This document shows, piece by piece, positions 59,163-64,000 of a DNA stretch of 64,000 nt. The translations under genes were made by a program, and so were the position numbers. Origin of the DNA: an uncultured Acidobacteriota bacterium (GTDB taxonomy: Bacteria > Acidobacteriota > Thermoanaerobaculia > Multivoradales > SZUA-115); NCBI GenBank assembly GCA_963805975.1, contig CAWDVR010000002.1, positions 1,120,001-1,184,000 on the forward strand. Reading direction: 5' to 3'. The notes beneath the pieces were generated by a model, which saw only the letters and a list, made by a program, of their open reading frames with translations, made no database searches and was not told the origin of the DNA. Within the stretch, counting starts at the first letter, position 1. Every line of letters begins with the position of its first letter.

Positions 59163-60694
59163 TGCGCCTCTCCCGTCTGCTCGCGGGCTTGCCGGTCCAG
59201 TCGCCGGCCGGCGCCGAGGATCCCGAGGTCCGCGGCGTGGCGCACGACTCCCGGCGCATCGAGCCCGGTGACCTCTTCGTGGCCTGGGCCGGCAAGTACC
59301 ACGACGGCCGCGCCTTTGCCGCCGAGGCCGCGGCGCGCGGTGCCGTGGCGGTGTTGGCCGATGGGCCACCGGTCGGGAGCTCTCTCGCCGGTTTGCCCCC
59401 GTCGGGCGTTCCCTGGATCACGGCGGAGGCTCCCCGCTCGCTGCTCGGCCCTCTGGCCTCGCGGGTCTACGGCCATCCCGACCGCGAGCTGCTGCTGGCC
59501 GGTGTCACCGGCACCAACGGCAAGTCCACGGTGGTGGCACTGCTGGCCGCCATGCTCGAGCGCGCCGGCTACCCGACCGGCGTTCTCGGCACCCTCGGCT
59601 ACCGCTTCCGGGGCCGCGACTTCTCGGGCGACCGCACCACGCCCGAAGCCTCCGATCTGTTCCGCACCCTGCGCGCGATGCGCGACGCGGGCGCCACGGC
59701 GGTGGCCATGGAGGTCTCCTCGCACGCGCTCGACCAGGGCAGGGTGGCGGGCGCGACCTTCGCGCTCGGCGTGTTCACCAATCTGTCGCGGGACCACTTC
59801 GACTACCACCACGATTTCGAGGATTACTTCGCCGCCAAGAGGCGGCTTTTCGGGCAGCTCACCGACGCCGGCGCTGGAGGGCCCGGCGGCAGGGCGGTGC
59901 TCAACGTAGAGGATCCCTACGGCAGGCGGCTGGCCGCGGAGCTCGGCTCGCGGCCGGGTGCTTCGAGCGGGGGCACGCTGACCTTCGGGATCGGAGGAGA
60001 GGTTGCTTTTTCCCATGTCGAGCTCTCGAGCTCCGGGTCGCGGGGGGAGATCTCCACCCCCCGCGGCCCGCTTCCCTTCACCACCCGCCTCCTCGGCCGC
60101 TACAACCTGGCGAACGTGCTCGCCGCCGCCGCGGCCGGCGAGGCTCTGGGCCTGGCTCGGGAGGCGATCGCCCGGGCGATCGCCGAGCAGCCCCCGCTTC
60201 CCGGCCGCATGGAGCCGGTGGAGCACGGGCAGCCCTTTCCGGTCTACATCGACTATGCCCACACTCCCGAGGCGCTGGCGGCGGCGGCCTCCTCGGCGCG
60301 CGAGATGACGCGCCGCAAGCTGGTGCTGGTCTTCGGCTGCGGCGGCGACCGCGACCCCGGCAAGCGCCCGCTGATGGGCCGCGCCGCGGGCGAGAACGCG
60401 GACCTCGTGGTGCTCACCTCGGACAACCCGCGGAGTGAAGACCCACTGGCCATCGTCGCCGCGGCAGAGCAGGGCTTGCTCGCCAGCGGAAATACCCACT
60501 ACCTGGTGATCCCCGACCGCCGCGCGGCCATCCGCCGCGCCATCGCGGAGAGCGACGGCGCGAGCGCCGTGCTGGTGGCGGGCAAAGGGCACGAGCAGGT
60601 GCAGATCCTGGGCGACCGCATGATCCCGTTCTCGGATCTGGAAGAGATCCACCACGCGCTGGAGGAGACCCTTGGCCAGGCGGCGCATCGATGA
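59162..60694 (+). CDS. murE: UDP-MurNAc-Ala-Glu--meso-DAP ligase
   Basis: GVTGTNGKST, MEVSSH, DYAHTP, FGCGGDRD, DNPR (DAP-specific). Confidence 0.95.
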   Translation: MRLSRLLAGLPVQSPAGAEDPEVRGVAHDSRRIEPGDLFVAWAGKYHDGRAFAAEAAARGAVAVLADGPPVGSSLAGLPPSGVPWITAEAPRSLLGPLASRVYGHPDRELLLAGVTGTNGKSTVVALLAAMLERAGYPTGVLGTLGYRFRGRDFSGDRTTPEASDLFRTLRAMRDAGATAVAMEVSSHALDQGRVAGATFALGVFTNLSRDHFDYHHDFEDYFAAKRRLFGQLTDAGAGGPGGRAVLNVEDPYGRRLAAELGSRPGASSGGTLTFGIGGEVAFSHVELSSSGSRGEISTPRGPLPFTTRLLGRYNLANVLAAAAAGEALGLAREAIARAIAEQPPLPGRMEPVEHGQPFPVYIDYAHTPEALAAAASSAREMTRRKLVLVFGCGGDRDPGKRPLMGRAAGENADLVVLTSDNPRSEDPLAIVAAAEQGLLASGNTHYLVIPDRRAAIRRAIAESDGASAVLVAGKGHEQVQILGDRMIPFSDLEEIHHALEETLGQAAHR

Positions 60695-62069
60695 GGCGGC
60701 GGCAGCGATGAACGGCGTGCTCATTCCCGCCTCCGCGGGCGAGCGGCCCTTCGCCGGCGCCGCCATCGACTCGCGCCGGCTGGCGGGCGGCGAGCTGTTC
60801 TTCGCCCTCTCCGGCACGCGGACCGACGGCCATCGCTTCGTGGCCGATGCGCTCGCCCGCGGCGCCGCCGCCGCGGTGGTGGACGAGCCCGGCTTCGCGC
60901 CGCCCGCGAACGGCGCACTGATCCGCGTGCCGGAGAGCTACGCCGCGCTCCACGCCCTCACCCGGCACGTGCGCCGCGAGGTGCCGGGCAGGCTCGTGGG
61001 CCTCACCGGCTCGGTGGGCAAGACCACCACCAAAGAGCTCCTCGCCGCCATGCTCGGCCGCCGTTTCCGGGTGGCGAAGAGCCCCGGCAACTTGAACAAC
61101 CTGCTCGGCTTTCCGCTGGCGCTCCTCGGCATCCCGGACGACACCGAGTGGATGGTGGCGGAGATGGGGATGTCCGTCCCGGGCGAGCTCGGGGAGGTCA
61201 GCCGTCTCGCGCGGCCGGACGTGGCACTGCTGCTCAACGTGCGGCCGGTCCACCTCGAGAACTTCGACTCGCTGGCCGGGATCGCCGAGGCCAAGGCCGA
61301 GATCCTGGCCGGCCTGCCGGCGGACGGCCTGCTGGTCGCCAACGCCGACGACCCCGAGGTGGCGCGCGTGGCGCGCCGGCACCCGGGAAGGATCGTGTGG
61401 TTCGGCACCGGGGAGAGCGCTGACGTGCGGCTGGTCTCGCGGGAGCCGGCGGGCCCCGGCCGGGTCGGCAGCCGCCTGATGCTCGAGGTGGAGGGGGAAC
61501 GGCGGGAGATCGAGCTCGCTCTCCACGGCCTCTACAACGCCTGGAACTGCCTGGCCGCCGCGGCCTGCGCCTTTCACCTGGGCATCTCGCTGGACGACAT
61601 CGCCACGGCCGCCACCGAGATCCGGCCGGCCTCCGGGCGCGGCGTGATCCACGCGCTTCCGGGCGGCGGCGCGCTGATCGACGACTCCTACAACTCCAAC
61701 CCGGCAGCCCTCGAAGAGGCGCTGGCGAGCGCCGCGGCCCTGGCAGCCGGCCGGCGCAAGTGGGTAGTCCTGGGCGACATGCTGGAGCTGGGCCCCGAGG
61801 CGCCCCGATTCCACCGCGAGGCCGGCGCCCTGGCGGCGCGACACGGTTTCTCTCCCATCGCCGGGGTGGGCGAGCTCTGCCGCGAGCTGGTGGCCGTCGC
61901 CGAATCGGCTGGCACCTGGTTCGCGACCGCGGCCGGGGCGGCCGAGTGGGCAGCGGCCGAGCTGCGGCCGGGGGACCTGGTGCTGGTGAAGGGCTCGCGC
62001 GGCGTGGGCCTGGACGTGGTCGTCGAGCGCCTGTTGGTGGCCTCTTCGAGCAGCGGAGGGAAGGGCTGA
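60672..62069 (+). CDS. murF: UDP-MurNAc-tripeptide--D-Ala-D-Ala ligase
   Basis: TGSVGKTTTKE, NLNN.LG.P, DDSYNSNP, LGDMLELG, VKGSRG. Confidence 0.95.
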   Translation: MARRRIDEAAAAMNGVLIPASAGERPFAGAAIDSRRLAGGELFFALSGTRTDGHRFVADALARGAAAAVVDEPGFAPPANGALIRVPESYAALHALTRHVRREVPGRLVGLTGSVGKTTTKELLAAMLGRRFRVAKSPGNLNNLLGFPLALLGIPDDTEWMVAEMGMSVPGELGEVSRLARPDVALLLNVRPVHLENFDSLAGIAEAKAEILAGLPADGLLVANADDPEVARVARRHPGRIVWFGTGESADVRLVSREPAGPGRVGSRLMLEVEGERREIELALHGLYNAWNCLAAAACAFHLGISLDDIATAATEIRPASGRGVIHALPGGGALIDDSYNSNPAALEEALASAAALAAGRRKWVVLGDMLELGPEAPRFHREAGALAARHGFSPIAGVGELCRELVAVAESAGTWFATAAGAAEWAAAELRPGDLVLVKGSRGVGLDVVVERLLVASSSSGGKG

Positions 62070-63154
62070 TGCTCTACGAGCTGCTCTATCCCCTGGCCGA
62101 CCAGGTGTCGCTCTTCAACGTATTCCGCTACATCACCTTCCGTGCCGCCGGGGCGACGGTGACGGCGCTGGCGCTGGCGCTCCTCCTGGGGCCGCGCTTC
62201 ATCCGCCTGCTGCGCGAGCGGGCCTTCGGCCAGTCGATCCGCGACGAGGGGCCGCAGAGCCACCAGAAGAAGGCAGGGACGCCGACCATGGGCGGCCTCC
62301 TGATCCTCTTCTGCTTCACCGTGCCGACGCTCTTGTGGGCCAACCTCACCAACGTCTTCGTCTGGCTGGCGCTCGGTACCACCTTGGCCTTCGGCGCCAT
62401 CGGCTTCGCCGACGACTACCAGAAGCTCGCCCGGCGGCACAACCGCGGCCTCTCGGCGCGCACCAAGTTCCTGCTCACCGTGGCCGCCGCCGGCACCTTC
62501 GGGGCGCTCCTCTGGGCGCTGCCGGACACCTACGGCTTCCAGCCCACCCTCGCCTTCCCGTTCTTCAAAAAGCTGGTGCTCACCCTGGGGCTCGCCTACA
62601 TCCCCTTCGTGGTGCTGGTGCTGGTCGGCGCCTCGCACGCGGTCAACGTCACCGACGGCCTCGACGGCCTGGCGATCGGCGCCACGCTGATCGCCGCCGC
62701 CGCCTACGCGGTGTTCACCTACGTGGCCGGCAACAGCGTGGTGGCCAACTACCTCCAGGTACCCTACGTGCCGGGGGCCGGCGAGCTCTCCGTCTTCTGC
62801 GGCGCGATGGTGGGGGCGAGCCTCGGCTTCCTGTGGTTCAACGCCCACCCGGCCGAGGTCTTCATGGGCGACGTGGGCTCGCTCGCCATCGGCGGCGCCA
62901 TCGGCACGGTGGCGGTGGTCTCCAAGCAGGAGATCGTGCTGGTGCTGGTGGGCGGCCTCTTCGTGCTCGAGGCCCTGTCGGTGATCCTCCAGGTCGCCTC
63001 CTTCAAGCTCACCGGCAAGCGCGTGCTGCGCATGGCCCCGCTGCACCACCATTTCGAGCTCGCCGGCTGGTCGGAGCCCAAGATCATCGTGCGCTTCTGG
63101 ATCCTGGCCGTGCTCTTTGCCCTGGTCTCTCTTTCGACCCTCAAGCTGCGATGA
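62069..63154 (+). CDS. mraY: Phospho-N-acetylmuramoyl-pentapeptide transferase
   Basis: KAGTPTMGG, GFADDY.K, N.TDGLDGL, FMGDVGS, MAPLHHHFEL. Confidence 0.97.
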   Translation: MLYELLYPLADQVSLFNVFRYITFRAAGATVTALALALLLGPRFIRLLRERAFGQSIRDEGPQSHQKKAGTPTMGGLLILFCFTVPTLLWANLTNVFVWLALGTTLAFGAIGFADDYQKLARRHNRGLSARTKFLLTVAAAGTFGALLWALPDTYGFQPTLAFPFFKKLVLTLGLAYIPFVVLVLVGASHAVNVTDGLDGLAIGATLIAAAAYAVFTYVAGNSVVANYLQVPYVPGAGELSVFCGAMVGASLGFLWFNAHPAEVFMGDVGSLAIGGAIGTVAVVSKQEIVLVLVGGLFVLEALSVILQVASFKLTGKRVLRMAPLHHHFELAGWSEPKIIVRFWILAVLFALVSLSTLKLR

Positions 63155-64000
63155 GCGACGCGACCTCCTTCTCCCCCACACCGCTCTCCGTGCCCTGGAG
63201 CCCGGAGCCGTGGCGGCGCGTGCTGGTGATGGGCCTCGGGCTCTCCGGCACCTCGGCGGCACGGTTTCTTCTCGACCGCGGCGTCGCGGTGCTCGGCGTG
63301 GACGCCAAGCCGGCGTCGGCGCTCGAGCTGGGAGACCTCGCGGACCGCCCCGGCTTCGAGCTCGCCGCGGGCGAGCCGCCGGCGCTCCCGCCCGGCATCG
63401 ACGGCGTGGTGCTCTCCCCCGGCGTGCCGCCGGACCGGCCCCTGCTGCTCGACGCGCTGCACAAGGACGTGTCGGTGGTGGCCGAGGTGGAGCTGGCCTA
63501 CCCCTGGCTCGACGGCCCGGTGGTGGCGATCACCGGCAGCAACGGCAAGTCCACCACCACCGCTCTCGCCGGCGCCATGATCGCCGCCTCCGGGGTTCGG
63601 GTCGAGGTCTGCGGCAACATCGGCGAGCCGCTGACCGGCAAGGTCGAGGGGCCGGCGGGGCGGGTCTTCGTGGTCGAGCTGTCGAGCTTCCAGCTCGAGT
63701 GCATCGACACTTTCCACGCGCAGGCCGCGGCGCTGCTCAACCTGGCGCCCGACCATCTCGACCGCTACCCCGACCTCGAGTCCTACGGCGCCACCAAGCG
63801 GCGGATCTTCCACCACCAGGGCAAGGACGGCGTCGCGGTGCTCAACGCCGACGATCCCTGGGTGGCCGAGACCCCGACCCTCGCCGCGCGGCGGCGCCTG
63901 TTCTCGCGCCTCGCACCGGTCGAGGACGGCTGCTACCTCGACGGCGACCGGGTCATGGAGGCGAGCCCGGAGCACGAGCCGCGTGTGCTCTTCCAGGTTG
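63151..64000 (+). CDS. murD: UDP-MurNAc-L-Ala--D-glutamate ligase, 3'-truncated by window edge
   Basis: ATGA overlap with mraY; my translation gives VLVMGLGLSG, SPGVP, AITGSNGKSTT, GNIG, ELSSFQL, DHLDRY. Confidence 0.93.
   Translation, partial: MSDATSFSPTPLSVPWSPEPWRRVLVMGLGLSGTSAARFLLDRGVAVLGVDAKPASALELGDLADRPGFELAAGEPPALPPGIDGVVLSPGVPPDRPLLLDALHKDVSVVAEVELAYPWLDGPVVAITGSNGKSTTTALAGAMIAASGVRVEVCGNIGEPLTGKVEGPAGRVFVVELSSFQLECIDTFHAQAAALLNLAPDHLDRYPDLESYGATKRRIFHHQGKDGVAVLNADDPWVAETPTLAARRRLFSRLAPVEDGCYLDGDRVMEASPEHEPRVLFQV

Noticed and set aside
55447-64000. dcw cluster anomalies
   Set aside because: Gene order mraZ-rsmH-ftsL-ftsI-murE-murF-mraY-murD is canonical.

Overview
High-GC (roughly 70% by eye) bacterial chromosome segment, most likely Acidobacteriota and possibly Thermoanaerobaculia. 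This is inferred from an ADOP-type permease, an Oar-like TonB receptor and an ECF/zf-HC2/CHAT module. The backbone is housekeeping: nucleotide-sugar genes with lptD and a thiolase, ruvX-mltG, kynA-kynU-aryl-CoA ligase, tRNA-fMet, eno-ftsB, moaA, rimB-rimK, an ABC-F gene, mfd, two PPIases and the start of the dcw cluster (mraZ to a partial murD). Accessory blocks that stand out: (1) an ECF sigma / membrane zinc anti-sigma / exported TPR-CHAT protease / small peptide / C25-like peptidase operon (20.9-27.4 kb), a candidate protease-triggered signalling system; (2) a compact type II PKS-like operon, ACP-KS-inactive KS (CLF)-TlpA-flavin halogenase-carotenoid cleavage oxygenase (35.3-41.8 kb); (3) two paralogous leaderless XRE genes with conserved upstream DNA bracketing a nucleotidyltransferase pair and the ABC-F gene; (4) a pseudokinase-TM-TonB fusion. 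Smaller-scale features: a dispersed palindromic element that twice overlaps coding sequence, a 23-bp repeat forming an ATGA coupling relay, and many leaderless promoters. Several single-base frameshifts (rmlD, rimK, C25, XRE-1) are probably assembly errors. No CRISPR array, rRNA, integrase or transposase was seen. All calls come from reading motifs by eye; no database searches were run.
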